Assembly (NCBI GenBank): GCA_964016885.1
Contig: OZ024740.1
Location: 315,456,001-315,520,000, forward strand
Direction of reading: 5' to 3'
Length of the DNA: 64,000 nucleotides
From: Eledone cirrhosa
Taxonomy: Eukaryota
The notes beneath the pieces are model-generated. The model was given only the letters and a program-made list of their open reading frames with translations. It was not told the DNA's origin and did no database searches. The stretch's first letter is position 1. The number at the start of each line of letters is the position of its first letter. Shown piece by piece: positions 27,083 to 41,679 of this stretch. Position numbers and translations under genes: made by a program.

Positions 27083-27090
<8 letters not shown>
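26361..27090. repeat. About 202-bp direct repeats (26361-26562, 26889-27090) around a purine-rich core, flanked by (TA)n
   Basis: The two copies differ at only a handful of positions. Confidence 0.9.
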
Positions 27091-27162
<72 letters not shown>

Positions 27163-27204
27163 TGAACCTGAACCGATAAGGTCTGGTTTCTTGGGTATGT
27201 CAAC

Positions 27205-27301
27205 ATTTATAAAACAAATTTTGCATTTTATCTGATGAGGGCGTACCAAAATTTTGGTACCCTTGAAATATATATAATAAAATAAATATGGTTTTATAAA
27301 T
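27205..27301 (+). ncRNA. Type I hammerhead ribozyme motif, family B (copies about 24137-24231-, 40646-40708-, 40789-40851+)
   Basis: AUUUUAU-CUGAUGA-gggcGUACCAA(AAUU)UUGGUACccuu-GAAA-UAUAUA-UA^AUAAAAU. Helix I extends through AUUUAUAAAAC/GUUUUAUAAAU. Confidence 0.75.
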
Positions 27302-27414
27302 ATACTTTCCATTTATTAATATCAATAATATTATACTCCAGAAAAATCTGTAGAGTGCTTCGAATCTGTTATAAATAAATTTGTTGAATAACCAACAAAT
27401 TAAATATCTCTTTG

Positions 27415-27546
<132 letters not shown>

Positions 27547-27550
27547 TATA

Positions 27551-27600
<50 letters not shown>

Positions 27601-27827
27601 AACAAGTAGGACCCCGACGGCTGAGCTCAAGCCGTTTCGACGGCTAATTCTGGACTAGAATTAACCGTCGAAACGGCTTGAGCTCAGCCGTCGGGGTCCT
27701 ACTTGTTCCTATTACCCACTCTACTACCCTAAGTATTGAGTACTTTGGTGCGTTATGGTCCATCTGGTTCCTTACCACATTTCCTTCGTTATACATACAT
27801 ACATACATACATACATACATACATACA

Positions 27828-27918
<91 letters not shown>

Positions 27919-28169
27919 TAGCAAAATTAAAGATGTCATATCTGAAAAGATCAGAAACATGCACCATATCACCTGCATAAGAAGCTCAAAGATTCTAAGG
28001 AATATATCCGAGCATTTCTTTAAAACAAAACATATCAAACATTGACAGGAGATCATTTGTAAAGAGTGTAAAGAGTGTAAAGAGTGTAAGCACACATAGT
28101 TACGGAGGTAATATATTAAAATTTAACAACTTTGAATAACCTACAGTAACTCTGGAGGTTATTCAAAGT

Positions 28170-28273
<104 letters not shown>

Positions 28274-28366
28274 GGGTGTGTATGATTGTGTATAGAAGAT
28301 TATATTAATAAAAGGAATTCCAACTTTGTCTGATATTGAAAATAATATTAAATGTTAAATGTTAAT

Positions 28367-28405
28367 TGAACAAGTACTTTCATGCTTTCGCAATCTTCAG
28401 GTTCA
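28367..28405 (-). ncRNA. Minimal type I hammerhead motif, family C (mirror copy 28479-28514+)
   Basis: UGAAC-CUGAAGA-uUGC(GAAA)GCAu-GAAA-GUAC-UU^GUUCA. Confidence 0.75.
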
Positions 28406-28611
28406 TATTCAGTGGTGACATTCAAGTTTGCAATTTTCAACAATTGAAAATTGCAAACTTGAATGTCACCACTGAATATGAACCTGAAGATTGCGAAAGC
28501 ATGAAAGTACTTGTAAATAAAACGAGTAAAGTTGGAATTCCTTTTATTAATATATATATAAGTTGAAAAAAAATAAAAACGAAATTTCATTTCTCACTCT
28601 TAGTATGGCAC

Positions 28612-28695
28612 TTACTTAAATGTATATATATTACTTAAATGTATATATATTACTTAAATGTATATATATTACTTAAATGTATATATATTACTTAA

Positions 28696-28700
<5 letters not shown>
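28612..28700. repeat. 19-bp tandem repeat ttacttaaatgtatatata, about 4.7 copies
   Basis: Read directly from the sequence. Confidence 0.9.
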
Positions 28701-28740
<40 letters not shown>

Positions 28741-28796
28741 TGCTACTGTATGTCTGTATACATATATGTATGTACGTATACATACATACTTACATT

Positions 28797-28863
<67 letters not shown>

Positions 28864-28904
28864 TATTTTCCGTAATGTTAACTGAACTGTATCCGTTTAA
28901 ATCC

Positions 28905-28973
<69 letters not shown>

Positions 28974-29129
28974 CGAAACATAAGTCAATTGCATGAACTC
29001 ATAATCCTTTATTTACTGCTATATATATTTTGATGATAGCCATTGAATGGCTATGACCTTATCAGGCAGTTAGTCAGTTATTAGATATGCCAGCTCTGTG
29101 TTTATAGTGTTGATGGTATCAGAGCCTTG

Positions 29130-29172
<43 letters not shown>

Positions 29173-29789
29173 TGTCTGTGTGTTTAAAAAGAGAACATCT
29201 TTTCTGGTTTAATCTTAAGAATGTTAAGGGTTTACCGTATGTCCTTAATAATCCTTCATGTTTGATTTGGAACAACAGTGTCTCTATTTACATTCATTCG
29301 TCTTTTATAGGACCTCAATAGATTGTTAGACCTGCCATAGAAAATGACAATAACACATTCACACATACTGATAACTGATATAACAGACACAGCACGCAGT
29401 GATATAACAGGCACAAACCACGCACATTGTATACTACAAGAAGGAATTTCACCCTAAATATAGAATGGACGAATATTTTCATTAAAAAGCCCATAAAACA
29501 AAACATAATATATATTACATTTAACGGCAAACCCATATTACAAAAACACCTGAATTAAAAACCTCATCATCATCATAAAATCACAAACTAACAAACCTCG
29601 GAACATATTACAGATGATCAATAAATATAATGTACAAATTTCAATGTAAACTTTTAAGTTGTAAACTTCATGACTCAAACTGTTACGTCGGCCACACAAT
29701 TACAACGCTTTCTTGTTGGATAACTCTGCATTTACAATATGGAGTCACCACAACTTATTACAATACAGTCATCTGTTCATCATCAGGTT

Positions 29790-30165
29790 CCTCCTGTCTC
29801 ACAGCAACGGGCCACTACACACTTCCATCTTTCTATGTCTCTGGCAAGAGCTGGTGCTGGAAACCAGTTTGTGCCACATCTGCACGGGTCATTCTTTAGG
29901 ATGGATCTCTAGGTCTTCTTTGGCCTACCCTTTGGTCTTTTTCCACCAGCTGGCAACCATGACATTGACATTGCATTTCTTGTTGGTTTATTGTCCCCCA
30001 TTCGTAGAACATGCCTTGCCAACTATATTCTTCTGCTCTTGATGACAATACTCATATATGTGACATATGCTCTTCGAATCATATTTTCTTTTGTGATCTT
30101 GTCTTGCCATCTAATCCCCAGGATATTTTGGTGGTATCTTTGTTTGAAAGTATCAAGCTATTTAT
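29790..30165 (-). mobile_element. Degenerate RTE-like LINE 3' fragment
   Basis: Decayed C-terminal RTE-type coding remnant on the minus strand. Confidence 0.5.
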
Positions 30166-30189
30166 CAGTTTACCTCCGGGCTAGGTGTG

Positions 30190-30410
30190 TATTTCAGCTG
30201 CACCCCACGGGAAAGATAGAGAGAGTGTTGCCACAGAGAACAGCCAATGTTACACCAGCTACTTCACCTCCCGGGGATCTTTCCTTAGGCGGAGTGCACC
30301 CCTCCTGATTTTGCAGAGGAAAATGGCAGTTTGGGGGCCAAGTTCATTTGAGGTCTCAATGGCGACAGTCACGAAACGTAGGCCGTTGGTCAAGTTCTGA
30401 TACTTGGATA
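30190..30410 (-). mobile_element. CRE-clade restriction-like endonuclease C-terminal remnant
   Basis: Hand translation KYQNL...FVTVAIETSNELGPQTAIFL...DPRE...GN matches the RLE tail pattern. Same strand as, and downstream of, 33400-34870. Confidence 0.65.
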
Positions 30411-30689
30411 TTTTCTACTCCTCTGTGTTACGAGGGGTAATGCTCGAGTTTTGGGTCCGACATGACAAGGTTGGAACCGGAAAACGTATTGTATGGCCTT
30501 CATTCGTCTACTCTCCAAGTCTACTCTCCATTCGTCTACTCTCCATCAATGACGTTGAAAAAGTCACAAAGTCATGGTCAGCTGAACTTTCACTAAGATC
30601 TGAAGCAGCCACGGAAGGTTTCTTACTTTTTGATAATCACACATTTCCTCGTTTTCCACTCATTTCTTGTTTGGGTGTGTCTATATGTC

Positions 30690-31340
<651 letters not shown>

Positions 31341-31384
31341 GTCCAACGATAGCAGCACGAACCAGTCGATAAAAGGTTGTCAGC

Positions 31385-32033
31385 CCACGACTACCGCCAC
31401 CACCACCACCACCACAATACCCCACTACCACCACCACCACCATTACCACTATTACCACCACAAGACCCCACTACCACTATTACCACCACAAGACCCACCA
31501 CCACCACCCCCACTATTACTACCACAAGACCCCACTACCACTATACTACCACAAGACCCCCACCACCACCACCACTATTACCACCACAAGACCCCACCAC
31601 CACCTCTATTACCATCACTAGACCCCACTACCACCACCACCACCACCACCACCACTATTACCACCAGAAGACCCCACTACCACTATTACCACCACAAGAC
31701 CCACCACCACCACCACCACCACCACCACTATTACCACCACAAGACCCCACTACCACTATACCACCACAAGACCCCCACCACCACGACCACTATTACCACC
31801 ACAAGACCCCACCACCACCACCACCTCTATTACCACCACTAGACCTCACTACCATCACCACCACCACCACTATTACCACCAGAAGACCGCCACTACCACC
31901 ACCACAAGACCCCACTACCACCACCACCACCACTATACCACCACAAGACCCCACTACCACCGCCACCAGCCACCACCACTATTACCAACACAAGACCCCA
32001 CCACCACCACCACCACTACCACCACAACCACCC
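31385..32033. repeat. C/A-rich minisatellite built on ccaccacaagaccccac and (CCA)n
   Basis: Recurrent ctattaccaccacaagacccc unit with variable (CCA)n spacers. Confidence 0.9.
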
Positions 32034-32264
32034 TAGTCTGTCCGCTCCGCTCTGCTCTAGAGACAGAGTTCTACTTTCAAAAATACATGGATATATCCAA
32101 GAGAAAATATCTCTTTGATACCGAATTGATACATCTGTTAATATTGTAAATACAAGTTGAAAGACGAAACGGTTACTGCTTGCAGGCTTGGAAAGATACA
32201 TCAATGAGAATTGGTACCATACACATCCTGAATCTAGAGAAGCTGCTAACAGCAAACATAAGTA

Positions 32265-32304
<40 letters not shown>

Positions 32305-32371
32305 GTACATACATACATATAATTATATACGTACATACATACATATAATTATATACGTGTATGTATATACA

Positions 32372-32439
<68 letters not shown>

Positions 32440-32609
32440 TTATCACCTCCTTCTAATATCAACTATTTATCTTAACAGTGTTAACTTCTGTTATAGCTAA
32501 CTCTGAATAATTAATAATCAATGCGTAAAGGAAGGGAAGGAAGAAAGTGAGGGGGGGGGGAGAAAGAGGAAATAAAACAAGTAAGAAAGAAAGAAAGAGG
32601 AAATACAAC

Positions 32610-32652
<43 letters not shown>

Positions 32653-32794
32653 GGGTAACAGTATCTGCTACTTCAGCCATTCAATCTCACGCGACACGAG
32701 ATCTTCATTCTAATTTGATGGAGAAGAGCAGAAGTCCGAGGACCGGATATAACTGAGATCTCAATTTGCGTCGAAAAGGAATCTGTATATTAAT

Positions 32795-33352
32795 GGTTCC
32801 TGATTTAAGCAATTTTGTTGGAAAAGAAAGTCCATTAAATAAACACCAGTGTATTACTGGGACTTTATTCTATTGACTCCGTAAGAATGAAAGGCAAAGC
32901 TAACCTCAGTGGGATTTGAGCTTAATAATGGTTTCTGATTTAAGCAAAAGGCTAACAACTTTGTGGGAAGGGAAAGTCGATTAAATCGACCCCATTGCAT
33001 TGCTGGTACTTTTTTTAACGACTCCGTTAGGATAAAAGGCAAAGCTAACCTCGGCGGGATTTGAACTCAGAATGTAAGGGGGTGTGCCGCAAAGCATGTT
33101 GTCTGATGCTCTACCGATTCTGCCAATCCACCACCCAAAGAATCTATATACTAATAAATGTTTCTACTTTTTGGCACAAGGCCAACAATTACCCAGTGCA
33201 TTACTGGTACTTTATTTTATCGACCCCGTAAGGAAGGATGAAAGGTAAAGTAAACCTCGGCGGGATTCGAACTCAGAATGGCAAGGGCCGTAACTCTATG
33301 CGTCAAAGCATAGCGTCCGACCCTCTACCGATACTGCCAATCCATCGCCCTA
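32795..33352 (-). mobile_element. Tandem SINE family 1 cluster
   Basis: Three successive reverse-complement copies. Confidence 0.85.
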
Positions 33353-33399
33353 TATACTAATAAATGATATTTTGTCAACATCTGCTTCTCTTCTTTGCA

Positions 33400-34870
33400 A
33401 GAACGCGACTCCCGGGTTTAAAGTCGATGCGACAGTATTAGCACTGGAGAATATGTCACGACATAAGCTCTTGCTCCACTTCGAACGGGAAAAGGAGTAT
33501 CTGGTTCAAACATATACCAAGCTACAGCATATGTTGATATGTTTCTTAATTGACATCTTATTTCCTCGACTAAGTTCCCCGAGAATTTAACACTTGCAGA
33601 AAGTAAGCGGTGCTTCGAGTATTGATCGGGTTGATCAAAGGGAGAGTTGAAAATGTCTTCCAAACGTAAGTTGTCCCAAACTCTCTGCTTCAATTGAAAC
33701 TGTTCTGCGCCAGGAACTGATAAAACAACTTATCTCCACTGTGGTAGCATTTCATCCGCTTCCCTGTTCGAACCACCCCATATTGTAAAGGAGATGTTAT
33801 CCACGAAAAGGGAGAAAGCATGAAAGGAAGAAAGAAAGCAGGGTAGAGATATGGACGGGCATTTACGTAAACCAAGGCCCTGAATCGTTTGGGAAATACA
33901 ACTTGGTTCTCAGCGATTATGTTGTCAAGACGTTGCAGAGATGACAAGAATTTATATAAGGGACTAACTCTGAGCATATAGGAATCGATAAGTAATTTCT
34001 AAGTGTGAAAAGACTTTCATGGGGTTCAGTTACATCATTATTTTAGTAAGTGCTCGAGGTTTACCAGCTTGGAGAGGAAGGGAAGCTCTGGAGATAGGTC
34101 GGTAATTGGGGCACCTAGCGAACACCATGGAGATGGTGGAAGGACCACGATAGAGAGGAAGGATTCAGTGAATAGATCCACTTTTGGGTAATGTTGCCAA
34201 GCCGAGTGGTTGAGGATCCAGAGTTCACATTTGGAACTGTTAACCTGGAGGTCCTGTACAAACAAGTTCGTCAATCATCGTCTTCACAGTAATAAAACCT
34301 TATCAAACAAGCACCATCGACACGTCCCCACCCCAACCATACACCCATAACATCTTAGTAATGTCATTAATGTCATCGATACCTAGTGTGAATAGGGCAT
34401 ACCTGAATTGGTCGGTTTGTTAGATTCTTGAGGCAGATAGGATAAAATGGTCGCCAGAGAGGAGATAGGGATCATGATAAGCCAGCGAAGCAAAGTAGTA
34501 GAGCTCTTTTACTGAGCTGGGGTCGACATCGTGTCTGATGGAATTGAATGCATTCTTTACATAGAGTCTGAAGACAGCCTTGGGGACCTTAGAAGACCAT
34601 CTTCGTACATGTTCTCGTGGTGTGGTTGACTGCCTCATGTCATAGTTTCGTGTCCATCTCCAGATGAAAAGGGGAAAATTCGGAAACTAGGTGGCCTAAG
34701 ACCGATGACAAACATACTTTCGACGTGAGCCGTCGCAAAGTGCACCTAGTTGCAGTGAGGAAAGATCACCATGGGGCTTTATGTGACTGAATAGTTTAGC
34801 ACCAAAGAACAAAAATCGAATATAGAGAAGGGTACACTTAGACGAGAACGTGTTCACGAACTTAAGCAAA
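33400..34870 (-). mobile_element. Degenerate CRE-clade (RLE) non-LTR retrotransposon, RT region
   Basis: FFGAKL, KNAFNSIR, LQVNSSKCELW, LGAPI, LRVSP, KQRVWD motifs spread over several frames. Confidence 0.65.
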
Positions 34871-36046
34871 CTCATGTATATATATTGTGGATGTCTTTAC
34901 TATCTGAAAAAGAAATTATAGGATTATCACTGCTTGGATGTCGTTGATCATGGGTTTGCCCAATCAAGACAGACCTGGACTAAACAATAACTACAACAGT
35001 AAATTATTTAAAACTATCAAAAACACAAACAAAATAAACATTATATTATTCTCCATTGCGGAAAGGATCAAAAATTATATAATGTTGTGGAGATCAGCTG
35101 CCCACCAGATGTTCATGTTTCGACAGTATTTAGGTCTATAACTAAAATAGATATAAAAACAGAATCCAAGGGATTGGTGGTGGTTTATATCAACAAAGTT
35201 CGTGACTGAAACATATTTGATCATAAGTTTGTCGTTCACACGGGCTGATCCGAGATTAACTGACTAACTAATTAACTGAGTAACAAACCACCACCACCAT
35301 CACAACAACAACAAAACAGTAACCTGGAAATGGAGTTTCTTCCAAATTAAATTTTTTTTTAATAATTAGGGTTGCTACTTATAAACTATATCAGAAAGTG
35401 CAATATTGTATGTGTATGTATATATATATATTGTTCTGTCGTCAAAAGCCATTAACTTGCAGACCCCTGCAAGTGGAATTTGTCGATCTCGGATTTACAG
35501 AAACCTAGCGGCGGAGATGTATGTTATATGTGATGTATATTGTATGCTATACGCTATGTGTTGCATGCAATGTCTACGTGCGGTCCAGGTCAGTCAAAAA
35601 TTTTTCCTGAGTTCAGTTTTTTTCGTCGCTATGGCAATGCGGCCCGACTATCGGTCGCTGTATTTGATTTGCAAAGCTGTCTAAACGTAATGTTATAACT
35701 CTGGGGTAATATTCTCCATTGAGTGCTTAGCTGTACACCGAATCTGCATTCGTTAGCTTGGCTGCTGCCAAAAGCTTCGTTGATGCTGTACTAAAATGTG
35801 TATATATATATATATATATATATATGAACTTTTGAATTACAGGTACAGTCGATCCTATGGGCTTCCAAACAGCCTCCTTCCACCCAATTTCAATCACCAG
35901 GCATGGGTCGAACCGGGGCTCTGATAAATGACACTTACCTTAGATACCACGCAGTGGGATCGAACTCGGGACCTAATGAATGCGAAGTGAACTCTTTAAC
36001 CATTCGACCATGTGGCATCCACATACACCTATATAAACATGAAATA

Positions 36047-36528
36047 CTGTATTTGCCGGCCTATTGAACGCACTTTAGAGTAACATAAAAATCTTCCCTA
36101 CGTCCAATACGTTCGTATCACCGATAGAAGGCTGAACGAAGGATGAGGACGATCATGGTTAAACATATTAAGTTTGTATTACTATTATTATTATTAATAC
36201 AGTAATACAATAGAATTTATACAAACAAATTGATGTCGAACTTATATAAGAGTTTCTGAAAAAAACAATGAAATAATTTTTGATAAATTTATGAAGAAAT
36301 GTACTAAAAGTCAAAAACAACTGTCACCGCTAGAACAAAAGAATGGAGATGGTCATCTAAAAAAAAAAACATAGCGTAATGAGGCTGTTTGCTTGCAAAC
36401 GAATCGAATACTATTATTCAATATAAAACTCACGGATACTAAACAATTTTTTCACAAAACGTCCTTGTAAAAATAGGGGGTGGGGGGCGTCATATACGAA
36501 GGGGCGTACAATAGGCCAGCAAATATGG
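36047..36528. mobile_element. pogo/Tigger-like MITE
   Basis: TA-flanked imperfect TIRs ctgtatttgccggcctattgaacgc / gcgtacaataggccagcaaatatgg. Confidence 0.7.
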
Positions 36529-36624
36529 TAATCGCCTGGTACTACCCAATTCTAAGAAAACAGATTATAATTTTATTAATGACCAACAAATAATCTGATA
36601 CAAAGATAACAGCTAAATAAATAT

Positions 36625-37285
36625 TGGATTCTACTTTAGGCACAAGGCCTACAATTTAAGGGGAGGGAAAAGTCGATTAAATCGACCCCAGTGTGTTACT
36701 GGTGCATTATTTTATCGAGCCTGCAAAGGTGAAAGGCAAAGCTAACTTCAGTGGGATTTGAACTCAGGACGTAAAGGGTCATAACTCAATGCCGCAAAGA
36801 ATGGTGTCTGACACTCTAAATAAACAAGGGTTTCTTATTTAGGCACAAGGCCAACAATTTGGGGGGAGGAAAAAGTCGATTAATCGACCCCAGTGCATTA
36901 CTAGTGCTTTATTTTATCGACCCTGTAAGGAGGAAAGGCAAAGCTAACCTCAACAGGATTTGAACTCAAATCGTAAAGGGGCGAAACTCTGTGCCATAAA
37001 GCCTGTTGTCCGGTGCTCCACCGATAGTGCTAATCAATCTACCACCCTAACAGCTAAATAAATATTGGTTTCTGATTTAAGCACAAGGCCAACAATTTTT
37101 TTTTTGGGGGGGGGGCATTAAATCGCCTCCAATCCATCACTGGTACTTTATTTTATCGACCCCGTAAGGATGAAAGGCAAAGCTAACCTCGACAGGATTT
37201 GAACTCAGATCGTAAAGGGGCGTAACTCTGTACGATAAAGTCTGCTGTCCGTCGCTCCACCGATACTGCCAATCCACCACTCTAA
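36625..37285 (-). mobile_element. Tandem SINE family 1 cluster
   Basis: Three head-to-tail reverse-complement copies. Confidence 0.85.
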
Positions 37286-37469
37286 CAGCTAAATAAATAT
37301 TGCTTTCTTTTTGTCGTAGTATTTTCTTCCGGTAGACACCATATGAAAGAATTAGGAACACATTTGTCTGGCTATTAATACATACTTCCATTTCATTTAA
37401 CCTTTATTTTTTTACTTGTTTGGTACTTATGTAAATATTTGTATGGCTGTATAATACATATAAAAGTGC

Positions 37470-37526
<57 letters not shown>

Positions 37527-37530
37527 TAAT

Positions 37531-37582
<52 letters not shown>

Positions 37583-37866
37583 ATAAAATATAGTGCACGC
37601 ACACACACATACACACATTCACACACACACACACACCCACAAACACACACACATATACATAAATATATATATATACATATATACACACACATACACATAA
37701 ACACAAATATATATATATGTATATATATATTTGTGTATATGTGTGTGTGTGTTTGTGTGTGTGTGCATGTGTGTATGTGTGCGTGCAATATATTTTATAT
37801 ACATATATACGCTCATCATTTTACTCTTTTACTAGTTTCAGTCATTAGACTGCAGCCAGGCTGTCA

Positions 37867-37936
<70 letters not shown>

Positions 37937-37965
37937 TAATCACACACACGCATACAAACGCACAT

Positions 37966-38018
<53 letters not shown>

Positions 38019-39869
38019 TAATCACACACGCACACACACACACACACATATCTATACACACACACACACACACATATCTATACACACACACACACACACA
38101 CATCTATGCACACACACACACACATAATCACACACACGCATACAAACACACATACACACATACACACAATCACACACACGCATACTAACACACATATACA
38201 CACAAACACACGCACAAACACACACACGCAAACATACAAACACACACACACACAAACACACACGCACGCAAACACACAAACAAACACACACGCACATACA
38301 GACACACACAAACACTATAGAGTGTGTATTGGACCTCCGTCAGTTCTGGCGATAAATATTCCAGTTGATTCGATCAATTGAACAACCAGCTAGTGAAGTT
38401 AACATGCAAGTGGCTTAAGCATTCCACAGACACGTGCGCCCTTAATGCAATTCTCAGGGAGACTCAAGGACACTCAGAGTGACAGTGTGTGACAATATGT
38501 TGACCCATTAACTTACGGGTACAATTAATTTTTGTCTGCTGAGCAAACTGGAGCAACATGGGATAAAGTGTCTTGCTCAAGGACTCAATGCGTCACTTGG
38601 AATCGAATTTGCTGCCTTGGGATCGTCAGCCAAACACCCTAATCACTAAACCACGTTCCTTCATTTAATAACCCACTATAAAAGGAAATAATGGTTTCTT
38701 ATTTAGGCACAAGGCCAGCAATTTGGGGGGGAAGGGAAAAGTCGATGAAATTGACCCCAGTGCGTGACTGGTACTTTATTTTATCGACCCCGTAAGGTTG
38801 AAAGGCAAAGTTAACCTCGGCGGGATTTGAACTCAGATCATAAAGGGCTGTAACTCTATGCGGCAAAGCATGGCGTCCGACCCTCTACCGATACTGCCAA
38901 TCCACCGCCCTACTATAAAAGGAAATAATGGTTTCTGATTTAGGCACAAGGCCAGCAATTTGAAATAAAGGGGAAGTCGATTAAATTGACCCCAGTGTGT
39001 TACTGGCAGAAAAACCACCCTCCGTGCAGTTTTCTGTTAGTGTATGTGTGAATGTGTATGTTTCGTATTATCTCGTAATGTATCTCTCAATACTTATGAA
39101 AGAGGAAAGCTACATGTTTGATATGCGAATGATACGAACATGTATCGACATATTTCGTCTTACAATTTAATAAATTTCATCCAACGACGTTTATTCTTTA
39201 CAAAATTGTGACCCCTAATTATTGAGTTGTCAAGTATGAAATTTGTAGAAATTTGTTGGGTTTTTTTCTACAAATTTCTATAAATTTCATACTTGATGAC
39301 CCAATAATTAAGATGATATGAACCAGTAATAAGCAGAGGCATTATTGATGCAGTTCAGCACAGCAGATTCGATGAGATTACAACCCGTAGCCATGTTTTT
39401 ATGAAACAGTTGTTTTTTTTTAATCGTCTCCCGGATACTCCATAGTTTCAAGTGTAGGCGTACGCAGTGTAGCGAATCGCTTATAATTAAATGGCAAAAT
39501 TTCTTTCGTCACGTGAAATCGATATGAACTTGCAAAGACATATTTGATTTTGTGGTTTATTTACTTTAATACTTAAGTACATTTATATTTGTCGAAGCCT
39601 GATATCCATGCAGACACATAGAAAATCGCATTTATTTTTATAAGGACGAACTGTTATTTATTTACTTTGTTGGTTCTGTGTGAATGCATTTCAAATTGAA
39701 ACTGAACGCAACGAAAATTGCGAATAAAATGAAAAGGAATTCAAATATATATATACATGAAATATATATCGTTTAATGCACCTGCATAAATATGTGTGGG
39801 TAGACTGCAAAGGTGAGAATGTTTGATATTATGTATCTCATATCCGCCGCCACCACCCCACATACACAC

Positions 39870-39900
<31 letters not shown>

Positions 39901-39972
39901 TGTATGTATGTATGTATGTATGTATGTATGTATGTATGTATGTGTGTGTGTGTGTGCGTGCGTGTGTGTGTG

Positions 39973-40015
<43 letters not shown>

Positions 40016-40433
40016 AAGGTGTCCCAAAAAATGTATACACACTTTGATTAAATGAACAGGCAATAATTATTAGAAAGCTAACGAATGTTATTACTCTGAG
40101 ATTCCTCATTGAGTGCTTGGCTGCACAATACCTCATTGTATCTCGTTGGCTTGGCTACAACCGAAGCTTCGATTTTACTAAACTTCCATTTATATATATA
40201 TATAATTATACGTTTGAAGAACATACAGATAAAATTTACCCAATCTTTCTTCTTAGTCCGGAGAAATTAACAAAACAAATAATCAATTAAACGGGGCTAA
40301 GTTTAAAATGTATGTTTGAAGAAATAATAGATAAATATTTACCGATATTCCTCTAGCCCCGACTGAGCTACGTCATTAAAGGTGGGTTACACTCATATCT
40401 CTGCTGATGTTTAAATTGTTATGTGTTTCCTCT

Positions 40434-40510
<77 letters not shown>

Positions 40511-40964
40511 TAGAAGGGGTATTTAATTTGTTGGAAATCCGAGAAATATAAATATACATGTTTATAACTGATTTAGAGCACTCAACAAGTTCCTGGAGTA
40601 AATATGATATTAAATAAATGGAAACTATATACATAAAACCATATTTATTTTATTATATATATTTCAAGGGTACCAAAACACTTTGGTACGCTTTCTTCAG
40701 ATAAAATACAAAGTTTGTTTTATAAAGAATATCCAACTGATAAGGTATGATTTTCCTGGGTATGTCTCTATTTATAAAACAAACTTTGTATTTTATCTGA
40801 AGAAAGCGTACCAAAGTGTTTTGGTACCCTTGAAATATATATAATAAAATAAATATGGTTTTATAAATATAGTTTCCATTTATTTTATATATATATATAT
40901 ATATATATTTCGTTTCTGAATTTGTTTAGCAAGATTCTTTATCTGAAATCGTGTGTTGAAACCG

Positions 40965-41624
40965 ATATTGTTATACTTTGGGAGGGTCATGTTGCCAATA
41001 AGAAACACACGCACCAGTTGCTTTCACTTCAATTTAATTTATTATATATTTATAAATTTCTGGTTGGTTGGTTGGTTCCACAACCAGATAGTTGTTTATA
41101 TATATATAGTCATAGTTCTTTCGTCACACACTCTGTGACCTCTTCAGTGACTGGGGATTTCTTTCTTCGTTTCTGTGCCTTTCCTTTCTTCTATCCTACG
41201 CCATTTTGTTTGTGTGTGGGTTGCGTGCTCAGTTTGCGCATGCGCCACATCCGGGTGTCTGTGTGTGTTTGTGTTCATTTTTTTTTTTTTTTTTTTTTTT
41301 GTGTTCATAGTCTGCTCATTGGACTGCCGGATGTGGCGCATGCGCAAACTGAGCACGCAACCCACACACAAACAAAATGGCGTAGGATAGAAGAAAGGAA
41401 AGGCACAGAAACGAAGAAAGAAATCCCCAGTCACTGAAGAGGTCACAGAGTGTGTGACGAAAGAACTATGACTATATATATATAAACAACTATCTGGTTG
41501 TGGAACCAACCAACCAACCAGAAATTTATAAATTTGTAAATTTATAAATATATAATAAATTAAATTGAAGTGAAAGCAACTGGTGCGTGTGTTTCTTATT
41601 GGCAACATGACCCTCCCAAAGTAT

Positions 41625-41632
<8 letters not shown>
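40965..41632. repeat. Long near-perfect inverted repeat, arms about 290 bp, spacer about 72 bp
   Basis: 40965-41254 is the reverse complement of 41327-41632 apart from a short duplication. Confidence 0.95.
41429..41473 (+). ncRNA. Minimal type I hammerhead motif, family E (mirror copy 41108-41152-)
   Basis: AGUCA-CUGAAGA-gGUCACA(GAGUG)UGUGAC-GAAA-GAAC-UA^UGACU. Confidence 0.75.

Positions 41633-41679
<47 letters not shown>

Noticed and set aside
28970-29060. Hammerhead-like strings GAAAC-AUAA-GUC and UUGAUGA-UAGCCAU..AUGGCUA
   Set aside because: The pieces do not assemble into one topology with matching helices. At most these are decayed remnants. The same applies to the lone GAAAC..GUC near 26315-26331 (minus).
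29330-29660. Possible Penelope GIY-YIG coding remnant
   Set aside because: Only a vague resemblance (LNIEW). No diagnostic motif is recoverable by eye, so it needs a profile search.
40014-40050. Tc1/mariner-like terminus tacaaggtgtcccaaaa
   Set aside because: No partner TIR was found, so no element could be delimited.
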